64,000 nucleotides of DNA, taken from assembly GCA_963662405.2 (NCBI GenBank), contig CAXXKT010000002.1, positions 1 through 64,000 of the forward strand, written 5' to 3'. Under the pieces are notes generated by a model, which did no database searches, was not told where the DNA came from, and worked only from the letters and a program-made list of their open reading frames with translations. The translations under genes and the position numbers were made by a program. The DNA is from Syntrophales bacterium. GTDB lineage: Bacteria; Desulfobacterota; Syntrophia; Syntrophales; UBA2210. This document shows, one piece after another, positions 49,002 to 59,197 of the stretch. Each line of letters starts with the position of its first letter. Within the stretch, counting starts at the first letter, position 1.

Positions 49002-49289
49002 TTATTCCAATACTTCATAAGACAATACCTTGATCACTCGATCTCCCTCATCTTCAACGATCTCTCCGGCGACCTTCACCTTCTCTCCGGCGTGACCAGC
49101 CAGTTCCTCCCCGTTATCATCCGTCATTATTTCGTAAACCTGATCGCCGTCTGCGATAATCTGAAAGTCATCGTTGACCTCACCCACGATCGTCACCGTA
49201 CTCGCCCCCCATGCAACACCCGAGATCAACACGGTAGTCATTATCAACACAAACCCCAGACATACAAAACACCGTACCTTCTGAAACAT
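49002..49289 (-). CDS. Small secreted acidic beta-rich protein
   Basis: AAGGAGG SD, signal peptide ending AWG; first gene of the kamA operon. Confidence 0.7.
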   Translation of the reverse strand: MFQKVRCFVCLGFVLIMTTVLISGVAWGASTVTIVGEVNDDFQIIADGDQVYEIMTDDNGEELAGHAGEKVKVAGEIVEDEGDRVIKVLSYEVLE

Positions 49290-49330
49290 ACTAATCAAGC
49301 CTCCTTGTTGAGAATACTTTTCAACCGCTG

Positions 49331-49347
49331 AGCAAACAATGTGCCCA
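49331..49347 (-). promoter_or_regulatory. Sigma54 (-24/-12) promoter
   Basis: Minus strand TGGGCACATTGTTTGCT: GG-N10-GC. Confidence 0.75.
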
Positions 49348-49398
49348 GCACATAACTATGCGATATCATGCATTGAAGAGATTATTGGGACCGCAGGG

Positions 49399-49540
49399 AT
49401 CGGAACCCTGAGTTCCGATTAAAGAAAACGGTGAAACGAAAAGACTTCAGATATAAAGTAATACCCTTTGTTATTATAGGCTAATACGACGAGAGGAACT
49501 AATTGTTCCCATTACAGGTATACCGGAATTGAGAATTCCG
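49399..49540. promoter_or_regulatory. Three GGAA-N7-TTCC palindromes (candidate enhancer sites)
   Basis: Sites at 49402-49416, 49495-49509 and 49525-49539. Confidence 0.7.
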
Positions 49541-49596
49541 ATTCTGTATCACAGGGGGGGGCAAAGAGGGCGTCGGGAAGATAGCAAATCGGCAGA

Positions 49597-51048
49597 TTAC
49601 CTGGGCGAATTCATTCTCGGCACCTTAAAATCGTTCTTGTTGAGGTCGTAGCGGTTCAACAGCTTGGAGAGCTGGCGGGTGGTAATCCCTGCCCTCCGCG
49701 CGGTGGCACTGATGCTTCCGCGTTCCTCAGCAAGGATCTCCTTCAGGTAGAGACGTTCCACCTGTTCGACCCCCGCCTGTCTGAGCTCCTTGAGGGTCAG
49801 CGAGGAGTCGATCCGGATCCCCCCCGCACCGGCCTCGTTTTCAAAGAGTTCACCCGGGAAACTCTCGGGGTTCAGGACCGATGATTGCTCGATAATATGA
49901 GCCCGTTCGATTAGGTTCTGAAGCTCACGTATATTCCCCGGCCATGAGTAGCGCATGAACGCCTGCAGTACATCGGGATGGATGTCACGGATTTCCTTCT
50001 TTGAAAACTGATTCAGTTTTTTCAGGAATATCTCGACGAAGAGGCGTATATCCTCCCTGCGCTCCCGTAAGGAAGGGATCTCAATGGGAAAGACGTTCAG
50101 GCGATAGAAGAGATCTCTCCTGAATGTGCCGGCATCGGTCATCCTTTTCAGGTCCGTGTTTGTTGCGGCGATCGTCCGGACATCGGCATTGATTATCTCC
50201 TCACCACCTACCCGCTGAAAGAGCCCCTCCTGAAGGATCTGGAGGAGTTTGATCTGCGCGGCGGGGGTGATCGTTCCGATCTCGTCGAGGAAGATGGTCC
50301 CCCCCTTTGCGATTTCAAATTTTCCCAGTTGTCTCCTCACGGCGCCCGTAAATGAACCCTTTTCGTGCCCGAAGAGTTCACTCTCCAGGAGCGTTTCGGG
50401 AATTGCACCGCAGTGGAGACTGATGAAGGGACCGTCCTTTCGATTACTGTGCCGGTGGATCAGTTTTGCGAGAACGCTCTTGCCGGTCCCCGTGTCGCCG
50501 CTGATCAGAACGGTGCTGTTGGTGGACGCGACCAGCCGGGCCTTCTCGAAAACCTGTTTCATCGCCGGGCTTCTCGTCTGGACCAGTTCGAGCGAGTCCC
50601 CTTCCCAGAACTTGTCCCGAAGATATTCAAACTCAGACTGCATGACAATCGACTCATAGATGCTGTCCGCGACGTATTTCACTTCATCGGGATCGAGTGG
50701 GTAGGTCAGATAGTTGCTTGCCCCGGCCTTGACCGCCATGACGGCTTCCCTGATCGTCTCCGGGGGCGACATGACGATTATCTCCACATCGGGGGCGGCG
50801 AGCCAGAAGGGTTGGAGCGCTGTTTTGTATCCGTTTCCTCCTGTTCGGCTTCGGAGAATAGCGAGATCGATAAAGAGAAAATCGTAATGCCGATCGCGGA
50901 GCAGTTCTATGGCTATATCGAGATTGGCAGCCTCGTCAATCACCTTTCTCTCGCGAAAACCGGTACACACTGTCTGAAAAGCAGATCGATCCGGCGCGAT
51001 TACAAGGGCAGTACGCGATGTTTTAGGTCGATTTCGGAATGATCCCAC
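49597..51048 (-). CDS. Sigma54-dependent enhancer-binding protein (atypical REC-AAA-HTH)
   Basis: GDTGTGKS, ESELFGHEKGSFTGA, LDEIG, FRRDLFYRL, WPGNIREL, C-terminal HTH. Confidence 0.93.
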   Translation of the reverse strand: MGSFRNRPKTSRTALVIAPDRSAFQTVCTGFRERKVIDEAANLDIAIELLRDRHYDFLFIDLAILRSRTGGNGYKTALQPFWLAAPDVEIIVMSPPETIREAVMAVKAGASNYLTYPLDPDEVKYVADSIYESIVMQSEFEYLRDKFWEGDSLELVQTRSPAMKQVFEKARLVASTNSTVLISGDTGTGKSVLAKLIHRHSNRKDGPFISLHCGAIPETLLESELFGHEKGSFTGAVRRQLGKFEIAKGGTIFLDEIGTITPAAQIKLLQILQEGLFQRVGGEEIINADVRTIAATNTDLKRMTDAGTFRRDLFYRLNVFPIEIPSLRERREDIRLFVEIFLKKLNQFSKKEIRDIHPDVLQAFMRYSWPGNIRELQNLIERAHIIEQSSVLNPESFPGELFENEAGAGGIRIDSSLTLKELRQAGVEQVERLYLKEILAEERGSISATARRAGITTRQLSKLLNRYDLNKNDFKVPRMNSPR

Positions 51049-51272
51049 CCCTCAGAGTATCCTCCCTTCGATTAAGCAATTTCCGCATATGTATCATGAC
51101 TCCCAATCCGGAAACCGTATTTTTTCTCTTTATTCCTGTTTTCATAATGATTCAAGTCTTTTCACACCCCCTTCAAGAAGAACAGGAAACGTACTTCTTG
51201 ACATATAACCTCAATGGAGTTAATCCCTTTGGCAAGCTAAACAATTAATTCTTCTGAAAAGGAGCTTGAATC

Positions 51273-51584
51273 ATGTCAAAATCACGTATCGTAATGTACA
51301 TTCTTACAGGTCTGTTGGTGGCCTTTTTCCTCGGCTGTGCCTCAACACCCCAAACGGAAAGCACCGGAGAGTACATCGATGATACGGTAATCACCACCAA
51401 GGTTAAAGCCCTGCTTGCCAAGGATGACGTGTTGAAATCATTTCAGATCGGTGTCGAAACCTTCAAAGGAGTTGTCCAACTGAGCGGTTTTGTCAACGCT
51501 GAAAAGACCCGTGAAAAGGCGAGGGCCATTGCCGGGACCGTCAAAGGAGTCAAATCCGTCAAAAACGACCTGATCATAAAATAG
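51273..51584 (+). CDS. BON-domain (OsmY-like) lipoprotein
   Basis: Lipobox FLGC, IDDTVITTKVK, GVVQLSGFV, GVKSVKND. Confidence 0.93.
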   Translation: MSKSRIVMYILTGLLVAFFLGCASTPQTESTGEYIDDTVITTKVKALLAKDDVLKSFQIGVETFKGVVQLSGFVNAEKTREKARAIAGTVKGVKSVKNDLIIK

Positions 51585-51755
51585 GATTTCCCCTTTTGCA
51601 GACAGGGGACAAGGCATTTAAAATGCGAGACGGTAGCAGTCCCTTTGCTCCTATTACATGAGGGAGGTGACGACCCTTTGTTCAGGCGGTATGTCGTTGC
51701 GTTGGTACTTTCATAGCCAGATTCCATGTTCGAATTCAGACCATACGGGGGCACA

Positions 51756-52775
51756 ATGGAGAGCCAATACGAGAGAATAAATAACGCCTGTCTCCTCATC
51801 TTGGCGGCGACGGCCGTCACAGTGGCATTGATCTATACGAAATCAATACTGATTCCCTTCGTTATTGCCTTCTTCATCTACGCGATCCTCTCCCCCATCA
51901 TAGAAGGATTGAACACAAAACTGAAATGGCCGCGTGCCCTGGTCATTATATTCGTCACCACGATATTCCTTATCTTCACCGCCCTGATCGGGATATTTAT
52001 CGTCAATTCCCTGAACGATTTTTTCAAGGACGCGGCGCAGTATAAAGAACGGATTGTTGAATCCGTGGCATGGGTTCGGGCCACCGCGGAGGGATTCGGC
52101 TATCGAATACAGGATATCTCGATTGAGAATGCCGTCAAAAAACTCCCTTTCTTTTCTGTGGCGGGAAACATCACTCTGGCAGCCGGTTCCTTCCTCGGGA
52201 ACCTATTCCTGGTCATCGTCTTTGTCTTTTTCTTTCTCCTCGGAGAAACAGTCTCGATGACGGATGACAACCAATTGATCTCTCAGATGAAACACAACAT
52301 ATCACGGTACGTCGCCACCAAGTTTCTGACCTCTCTCGTCACCGGTATATTTGTCTTTATCCTTCTCGTCTCATTCCGTGTCGAGATGGCTTTTCTTTTC
52401 GGTGTGCTGACCGTCCTCTTCAATTTCATTCCCACGATCGGCTCCATTATCGCCACGGGACTCCCCGTCCCGGTCATTCTTCTCCAGTTCGGCTTCGGCT
52501 GGCAGTTGTGGGCCGTCCTGGCCGTCTCGATGGTGATCCAGATCGCGATCGGAAACGTGATCGAGCCCAAACTGATGGGGGAACGCATGGACCTGCACCC
52601 CATCACCGTCCTCCTCTTTCTGATGTTCTGGGGTCTCGTCTGGGGTCTGCCGGGAATGTTCCTGGCCGTTCCCATCACCGCCGTCCTCAAGATCGTCCTG
52701 AGCCGGATAGAGACGACACAGACCCTTGCGGAACTGATGGCGGGTAGGATTGGGGAGAATAAAGCGGCGCAGTGA
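51756..52775 (+). CDS. AI-2E family transporter
   Basis: NFIPTIGS, GNVIEPKLMG..MDLHP, GMFLAVP. Confidence 0.92.
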   Translation: MESQYERINNACLLILAATAVTVALIYTKSILIPFVIAFFIYAILSPIIEGLNTKLKWPRALVIIFVTTIFLIFTALIGIFIVNSLNDFFKDAAQYKERIVESVAWVRATAEGFGYRIQDISIENAVKKLPFFSVAGNITLAAGSFLGNLFLVIVFVFFFLLGETVSMTDDNQLISQMKHNISRYVATKFLTSLVTGIFVFILLVSFRVEMAFLFGVLTVLFNFIPTIGSIIATGLPVPVILLQFGFGWQLWAVLAVSMVIQIAIGNVIEPKLMGERMDLHPITVLLFLMFWGLVWGLPGMFLAVPITAVLKIVLSRIETTQTLAELMAGRIGENKAAQ

Positions 52776-52981
52776 AGGGAACAGGGGTCACGGATATAGG
52801 CTAAAACCGGTTAATTATCGGATATTATACGGATCATCATAAAATTCTGCAGATAGACTGTTGTATTTCTAATATTCGATTTAATACCAAAATCTTATGT
52901 CATATTGACCTTTCCCCCATAAACTATGCCATGTTCAAATTGAGTCTATCCTGATAAAAGGCATAATAGGAGGACTCAGGA

Positions 52982-53248
52982 GTGAAGCGCAAACGATTTG
53001 CAACGGAACAGATTATCAAAATTCTCAAAGAGGCTGAGCTGGGTATCAAGATTACGGAACTGTGTAGAAAGCATGGCATATCCGAACAAACCTTTTACAA
53101 CTGGCGGAACAAGTACGGCAGCATGGATATAAGCGAGGCAAAACGCCTGAAGCTCATCGAAGTTGAGAATCGCCGCCTCAAACGCCTGGTAGCCGATCTG
53201 CGCCTCGACAAGCAGGTATTAAAGGACCTCCTTGAAAAAAACTTCTAA
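52982..53248 (+). CDS. IS3 transposase OrfA
   Basis: EQIIKILKE, CRKHGISEQTFYNWRNKY; ends in an A-run slippery sequence GAAAAAAAC. Confidence 0.92.
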   Translation: MKRKRFATEQIIKILKEAELGIKITELCRKHGISEQTFYNWRNKYGSMDISEAKRLKLIEVENRRLKRLVADLRLDKQVLKDLLEKNF

Positions 53249-54110
53249 CGCCCACGGCGAAGAGAGGAGCGAGAGATTATATTATCTCCCACTTTGGGTT
53301 GAGCATGAGGAAGGCCTGTAGACTGATAGGGCTCAATCGATCCACGAGCCAGTACCAACCGGTAGCGAGCAAAGAGGAGAAACTCACGACGCGAATGAAA
53401 ACTCTGGCATATAAACATAAACGCTACGGAAGCCCCCGGCTGCATGTATTGTTGAAGAAAGAAGGACTCGTTGTCAACCACAAGAGGACCGAACGAATCT
53501 ACCGGCAAGAAGGATTATCACTACGGGTGCGCACAAAGAAGAAACGGGTGATGCCTGTGCGCGGTACCATGCACTGGGCATCGGGGCCACAGGATGTATG
53601 GTCCGTAGACTTCGTGTCTGATTCTCTTTCGGATGGAAGGAGATTTCGGATATTGACAATCATCGATGATTTTACCCGAGAGTCTCCCGGAATCCTGGTT
53701 GCACGATCCATCTCTTCGAGAAGAGTCACTAGCTTCATTGATCAGATTGCTTTATATCGTGGCTATCCCAACCGCATCAGGGTGGACAACGGTCCCAGTT
53801 CGCCAGCGCCTGGTTTCATGCTTGGTCGGAGAAACAAAACATCACCGTTGAGCATACCCGTCCTGGGAAACCCTCTGACAAGGCCTTCATTGAGAGTTTT
53901 AACGGGAAGATCAGAGATGAAAGCCTTAACGAACATTGGTTTCTTTCTATCCCTGATGCTCAGTCCAGGATTGAACAGTGGAGGAATGAGTACAACAAAG
54001 AACGACCCCATAGCTCATTGAATAACCTGACTCCCTATGAGTTTATAAAAGAACATGATATGAAAACCATTAGCAAGAAACTCAATTTACCCTTGGCCTA
54101 TATAATGGGG
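53245..54110 (+). pseudogene. IS3 transposase OrfB (DDE) with an extra frameshift near 53796; end approximate
   Basis: WSVDFVSD, VDNGP[E]F broken by one missing base; IESFNG and YNKERPHSSL continue in another frame. Confidence 0.82.
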
Positions 54111-54266
54111 TAAGGTCAATATCTATGAAGTCTTATCGAGGTGTTTTATACGGCAAATCCGCCGGGTTAAGGTTTTTATCAGGATCCAGATAAACATTGT
54201 TATGTGCTTTTGATATCGGTTGATGGTTTAAAAAATTTGTAACTTATTGTTGCCAAGGATTCTATT

Positions 54267-54995
54267 GTGAACAGGTCTGATCTAAAAGTAGTTAATATTC
54301 CAACCATTTTATGGGGAGATAAATCAGAAAAGATATTTGTTGCCATACACGGGAATATGTCCAATAAGGCTGATGACGTAATAATTGTCTTTGCAGAAGA
54401 AGCGGTTAAAGCAGGATATCAAGTTTTGAGCTTTGATTTACCGAAACATGGAGATCGTAAAAGTGAAACGACACTCTGCAAGGTTCAAAATTGCGTGGAA
54501 GATCTTAATACAATAATGAAATACTCAAAATCTCTATCAAATAATGTGAGTGTATTTGGATGCAGCATAGGAGCATACTTCAGCCTTTTGGCATATATGC
54601 ATGAGAAATTGCGGCAAGCAATGTTCCTGTCTCCAGTGGTTAATATGGAGTCTGTTATAATCAACATGATGAAATGGTTTGATATTACAGAAGAAAAACT
54701 TATGAAAGAAAAAGAGATAGTAACACCCATAGGTGAAGTACTTTATTGGGATTATTATTCATATGTGAAAAAACATCCCATTGCTGAATGGAAAATTCCT
54801 ACATCGATCTTGTATGGTTCTGAAGATAATTTGACAGATTTTATTACTATTTCTTCATTTTCAAATCAGTTTAAATCCGATCTGGAAGTTTTAGAAAATG
54901 GAGAACATTACTTTCACACAGAGGAACAGTTATCGTCTTTTAGGCGATGGGTAAATGATAAATTAATGGTTAGAGAATCTACATATCACACATAA
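54267..54995 (+). CDS. Alpha/beta hydrolase in an integron gene cassette
   Basis: HG, FDLPKHG, GCSIG, YGSED, GEHYF; very AT-rich; the stop lies inside the attC R'' box. Confidence 0.85.
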   Translation: MNRSDLKVVNIPTILWGDKSEKIFVAIHGNMSNKADDVIIVFAEEAVKAGYQVLSFDLPKHGDRKSETTLCKVQNCVEDLNTIMKYSKSLSNNVSVFGCSIGAYFSLLAYMHEKLRQAMFLSPVVNMESVIINMMKWFDITEEKLMKEKEIVTPIGEVLYWDYYSYVKKHPIAEWKIPTSILYGSEDNLTDFITISSFSNQFKSDLEVLENGEHYFHTEEQLSSFRRWVNDKLMVRESTYHT

Positions 54996-55085
54996 CAAAT
55001 GCATAAACTCGGACCTTTCTCGCGCCGTTTCGTTCGCTTCGCTCTCTACTCTCTGCGAAAAAGGCCGGTTATGCTGGTGTTCAGC
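54990..55085 (+). other. attC recombination site
   Basis: R'' ACATAAC, L'' GCATAAAC, L' GGTTATGC, R' GTTCAGC, with complementary inner arms. Confidence 0.78.
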
Positions 55086-55324
55086 GGACGCTGCCCTAAG
55101 CTGCTTCGGTCGGCGCGTAGCGCCTCCCGAACCAGCGGATGGACTTGTCCCCCTTGAGGCAGGTCATCCGACGCATGTTCTTCTCTAAAACAGACAGATC
55201 GCATAAACACGCAATTGATTTTTCTCTAATCAATCAAATCTTTGCCCCGAATATCATTGACAAATTAAGCCGGAAGTGGTTTTAATCCCTGAGATAAATC
55301 TTTTCCTGTCTCCATAAAGCAAAG

Positions 55325-57775
55325 GTGCGCGTGATGGAAGCTGTCCTGAAGGTCCTGAACAAGATTGAAAACCCGCTGATCTTTCTGTCGAGGGATTCGT
55401 ACAAGAACCTCCCGATCGTCAGGGATCTTGAACGGACGATGTCGGGTTTCATCAGCGAGTTGATGATGGCTTTTTCGGAGAACGCGATTTCGAATTCTGA
55501 AAAAACGATTATCGAACTCCAAAAGGTCTTCAAGGGCTTCGATGTGCTTCCTGTGCCGGACCGCAAGCGGCGGATCGACGCGGCCCTCGTCTATATACGG
55601 GAGCTGAAAAACCTCTGCGCCGAACCGGCCCAGCCATCTCCCTCCGTAATGGCTCTTCACGACCCGGAGGACCGGGCCGCCTGTTTTAAGAAGCTGGCGC
55701 TCGATGTCCAGTACCTCAAGGGGGTCGGCCCGAAGGTCTCTGCGCTCCTCGGCCGTAAGGGGCTGAAGAACGTTGAAGATATGCTTTACTTTCTCCCCAG
55801 AAGATATGAAGATAGAAGGCATATTCAGACGATATCAGCCGTCGCCGTCGGCGTGCGCGAGACGGTGGTGGGGAGGGTAACGGATGTGGGCGTCAAACGT
55901 TACCGAACCCGGCGCGTTCTCGAGGTGACGATGGGAGACACAACCGGTCTCCTCACCGCAAAGTGGTTCCAGGGGAACTTTTCCTACCTCGCCAAACGGT
56001 TCAAGGCGGGGCAACAGGTCATCCTGACGGGGGAGGTGAAGGTCTTTCTCCACGGAAAGGAGATGCTCCACCCCGACTACGAGATACTGGACGATACCGA
56101 TGACGAGATGATCCACTTCAAACGGATTGTCCCCGTCTACTCCGAGACGGAAGGACTGCACCAGAAATCTATCAGGCGGATCATGATGCGGGTCGTCCAG
56201 GACTATGCGCTCTGTATTTCCAGCCCGATCCCGGAAGAGATCTGCCGAAGGAATCGCCTCGTCGACATCGGGCACGCGATCCGGAATGTCCATTTCCCCG
56301 ACCACGATCAGGATATTGATGCCCTCAATGATCTTTCTTCGCCGGCCCGTCGTCGTCTTGTCTTCGACGAGTTCTTCTTCTTTGAGTTGGGAATGGCCCT
56401 CAAACGGACGGGGCAGGTCTTCGAACAGGGGATCTCCTTTCCAACGGGGGGATCGCTGGTACAGAAATTTCACGATATCCTTTCCTTCGAGATGACCGGG
56501 GCGCAAAAGCGGGTTGTCGGGGAGATCGAGGCGGATATGGCACGCCCGCACCCGATGCACCGGCTCCTTCAGGGAGATGTGGGAAGCGGGAAGACGGTTG
56601 TTTCCATGGCCGCGATGGTGACCGCCTGCGAGGCGGGGTATCAGACGGCCATCATGGCCCCGACGGAAATCCTGACTGCCCAGCATTTCAAGAATATCAG
56701 CCGGTGGTCACAGGAACTGGGTATTGGAGTGGTCCTTCTCACCGGTAATATGAAAGCGGCCGAACGCAAGGAAGCCCTGACGAGGATCGAATCGGGAGAG
56801 ATCAGCATTGTCGTGGGGACCCATGCGATAATCCAAGAAGGGGTTGCCTTTAATCGGCTTGGCCTCGTCGTAATCGACGAACAGCACCGTTTCGGTGTTA
56901 TCCAGCGGGCCGCCCTCCGGGGGAAGGGAATCAATCCCGACGTGCTCGTCATGACGGCAACACCGATACCGCGGACCCTCGCCATGACGGTGTACGGTGA
57001 TCTCGATCTTTCCGTAATCGACGAGATGCCCCCCGGCAAGAAGCCCATCAAGACAAAAGTCTTTTATGAAAAGAGCCGAGAACAAGTCTACGAGATCATC
57101 CGTAAGGAGGTGAAGAAGGGGAATCAGGCCTTCATCGTCTACCCCCTCGTGGAGGAATCGGAGGCCCTTGACCTGAAGGACGCGACGAGCATGGCCGCAC
57201 ATCTTCAGAAGGATATCTTCCCCGAACTGCGCGTGGGACTGGTACACGGGAGGATGAAAGGAACAGAGAAAGACGCGATCATGGCCGATTTCAAGGAACG
57301 CGCCCTGGATATCCTGGTCTCCACGACCGTGATCGAGGTGGGGATCGATATCCCGACGGCTTCGCTGATGGTCGTAGAGCACGCGGAACGGTTCGGCCTA
57401 TCGCAGCTGCACCAGCTCAGGGGAAGGGTGGGGCGGAGTGATCTGCGTTCCTATTGCATCCTGGTCGCCCAGCACCGCGGAAGCGCGGACGCACGAAAAC
57501 GGCTCCGCGTGATGGAAGAGACGAACGACGGCTTTCGAATCGCGGAGGAGGATCTCCTGATCCGCGGCCCCGGCGAATTCATGGGGACCAGGCAGTCCGG
57601 GCTCCCGGATTTCAGGGTCGCGAGCATCTTGAGGGATGCCACAACGCTCAACGAGGCGCGCCAGGAGGCCTTTCTTCTGGTGGAGAGGGATCGGGGCCTC
57701 GAAAGGCATCAAGACCTCAAAGAGACGCTTCTGAGGCGCTGGGAGCACCGTCTCGAAATCGCCAAGACGGGATAA
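55325..57775 (+). CDS. recG: ATP-dependent DNA helicase RecG
   Basis: LKGVGPK, PRRYEDR, QGDVGSGKT, DEQHRFG, MTATPIPRT, LHQLRGRVGR. Confidence 0.96.
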   Translation: MRVMEAVLKVLNKIENPLIFLSRDSYKNLPIVRDLERTMSGFISELMMAFSENAISNSEKTIIELQKVFKGFDVLPVPDRKRRIDAALVYIRELKNLCAEPAQPSPSVMALHDPEDRAACFKKLALDVQYLKGVGPKVSALLGRKGLKNVEDMLYFLPRRYEDRRHIQTISAVAVGVRETVVGRVTDVGVKRYRTRRVLEVTMGDTTGLLTAKWFQGNFSYLAKRFKAGQQVILTGEVKVFLHGKEMLHPDYEILDDTDDEMIHFKRIVPVYSETEGLHQKSIRRIMMRVVQDYALCISSPIPEEICRRNRLVDIGHAIRNVHFPDHDQDIDALNDLSSPARRRLVFDEFFFFELGMALKRTGQVFEQGISFPTGGSLVQKFHDILSFEMTGAQKRVVGEIEADMARPHPMHRLLQGDVGSGKTVVSMAAMVTACEAGYQTAIMAPTEILTAQHFKNISRWSQELGIGVVLLTGNMKAAERKEALTRIESGEISIVVGTHAIIQEGVAFNRLGLVVIDEQHRFGVIQRAALRGKGINPDVLVMTATPIPRTLAMTVYGDLDLSVIDEMPPGKKPIKTKVFYEKSREQVYEIIRKEVKKGNQAFIVYPLVEESEALDLKDATSMAAHLQKDIFPELRVGLVHGRMKGTEKDAIMADFKERALDILVSTTVIEVGIDIPTASLMVVEHAERFGLSQLHQLRGRVGRSDLRSYCILVAQHRGSADARKRLRVMEETNDGFRIAEEDLLIRGPGEFMGTRQSGLPDFRVASILRDATTLNEARQEAFLLVERDRGLERHQDLKETLLRRWEHRLEIAKTG

Positions 57776-57865
57776 ATCCTGAACTTTAACCTTGAAACTT
57801 TTCCCCAACTGTTATAGCAGTCTGCTATCAGAAGCTAATGTCAGCAGACGGAAGGGATTATCGGC

Positions 57866-59197
57866 GTGGGCAAGGATATATCGATTGGTTTGATCGGGTT
57901 CGGTACCATCGGTACCGGCGTTGTGAAGTTACTGCAGGAAAACAGCGAACTCATACGAAAACGTCTGGGTGCTCGGCTGGTTATCAAGAAGATTGCCGAT
58001 ATCGATATCACAACGCCGCGGCCGGTCACGGTTGATCGTAAGATTCTCACGACGGACGTGCGTGAGGTCTTGGAAGATCCGGAGATTTCCATTGTCGTCG
58101 AGTTGGTGGGAGGTTACACCTATGCAAAGAAAATTGTCCTGGATGCGATTCGGGGGGGGAAACACCTCGTTACCGCCAACAAGGCGCTCATTGCCACCTT
58201 TGGGAATGAGGTGTTCGAGGCGGCCGACAGCGAAAAGGTAAATATCGGGTTCGAGGCGAGCGTCGGGGGGACGATTCCGATCATCAAGACACTGAAGGAG
58301 AGCTTGGCGGGAAACAACGTTGATTCTATCTTCGGGATTATGAACGGGACCTGCAACTATATCCTGACGAGGATGACCCGTGAGGGAGGAGATTTCGCTT
58401 CGGTTCTCAAAGAGGCGCAGGCCCTCGGATTTGCCGAGGCCGACCCGACCTACGATATCGAAGGTATCGACACCGCTCACAAGCTCGCGATCTGTTTGTC
58501 TCTCTCCTATGGCAAGCGCGTGGTGCTGGATGATATCTACCGTGAGGGGATCGCGCAGACAAGTCCCCTGGACATCGAATTTGCCGGTGATCTGGGGTAT
58601 ACCATTAAACTGCTCGCCATCGCGATTCGACGCGGGGAGGTCATAGAGGCACGGATACACCCGACTATGATCCCCTTCGACCACATCCTGGCCAGTGTGA
58701 ATGGAAACTTCAACGCCTTCCATTTGATGGGAGATGCCTCCGATTCGGTTTTCCTGTATGGCCAGGGGGCGGGGATGATGCCGACGGCGAGTGCCGTGGT
58801 GGGTGATCTGATCGATATAGCGCGGGACATCACGGCCGGGATCTGGAGGAGGGTCCCCCTGCGTTCCTACAAAAAAGAGCAGATCAATGATATCCAGCTT
58901 CTTCCGATGGATGATGTTCTTACGAACTACTACTTCAGATTCTCGGCGGTTGACCGTCCCGGCGTTCTCTCCAAGATAGCCGGTATCCTGGGAAAACACG
59001 ATATCAGTTTATCCTCGGTGATTCAGAAGGAAAACAAGCTCGAGGCGGAGGATAGAGGAGTACCCATTGTCGTCACGACCTATAAGGCACGGGAGAGAAA
59101 CGTCCGTACGGCGTTGGAAGAAATCGACAACACGCTTGAGGATGTCGTCTTCGGTAAGACGACGTGGATCAGGATAGAGGACCAAGCGCTGAGATGA
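57866..59197 (+). CDS. hom: Homoserine dehydrogenase with ACT domain
   Basis: GFGTIG, TANK, FEASVGGTIP, NGTCNYIL, AEADP, DRPGVL. Confidence 0.96.
   Translation: MGKDISIGLIGFGTIGTGVVKLLQENSELIRKRLGARLVIKKIADIDITTPRPVTVDRKILTTDVREVLEDPEISIVVELVGGYTYAKKIVLDAIRGGKHLVTANKALIATFGNEVFEAADSEKVNIGFEASVGGTIPIIKTLKESLAGNNVDSIFGIMNGTCNYILTRMTREGGDFASVLKEAQALGFAEADPTYDIEGIDTAHKLAICLSLSYGKRVVLDDIYREGIAQTSPLDIEFAGDLGYTIKLLAIAIRRGEVIEARIHPTMIPFDHILASVNGNFNAFHLMGDASDSVFLYGQGAGMMPTASAVVGDLIDIARDITAGIWRRVPLRSYKKEQINDIQLLPMDDVLTNYYFRFSAVDRPGVLSKIAGILGKHDISLSSVIQKENKLEAEDRGVPIVVTTYKARERNVRTALEEIDNTLEDVVFGKTTWIRIEDQALR

Larger units (their letters stand above)
52906..54118 (+). mobile_element. IS3-family (IS407-group-like) element, 1213 bp
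   Basis: Ends TGACCTT.CCCC / GGGG.AAGGTCA; 4-bp target duplication ATAT (52902-52905, 54119-54122). Confidence 0.93.

Noticed and set aside
51225..51245. Sigma54 promoter before the BON gene
   Set aside because: TTGGCA is present but there is no GC at the -12 position.
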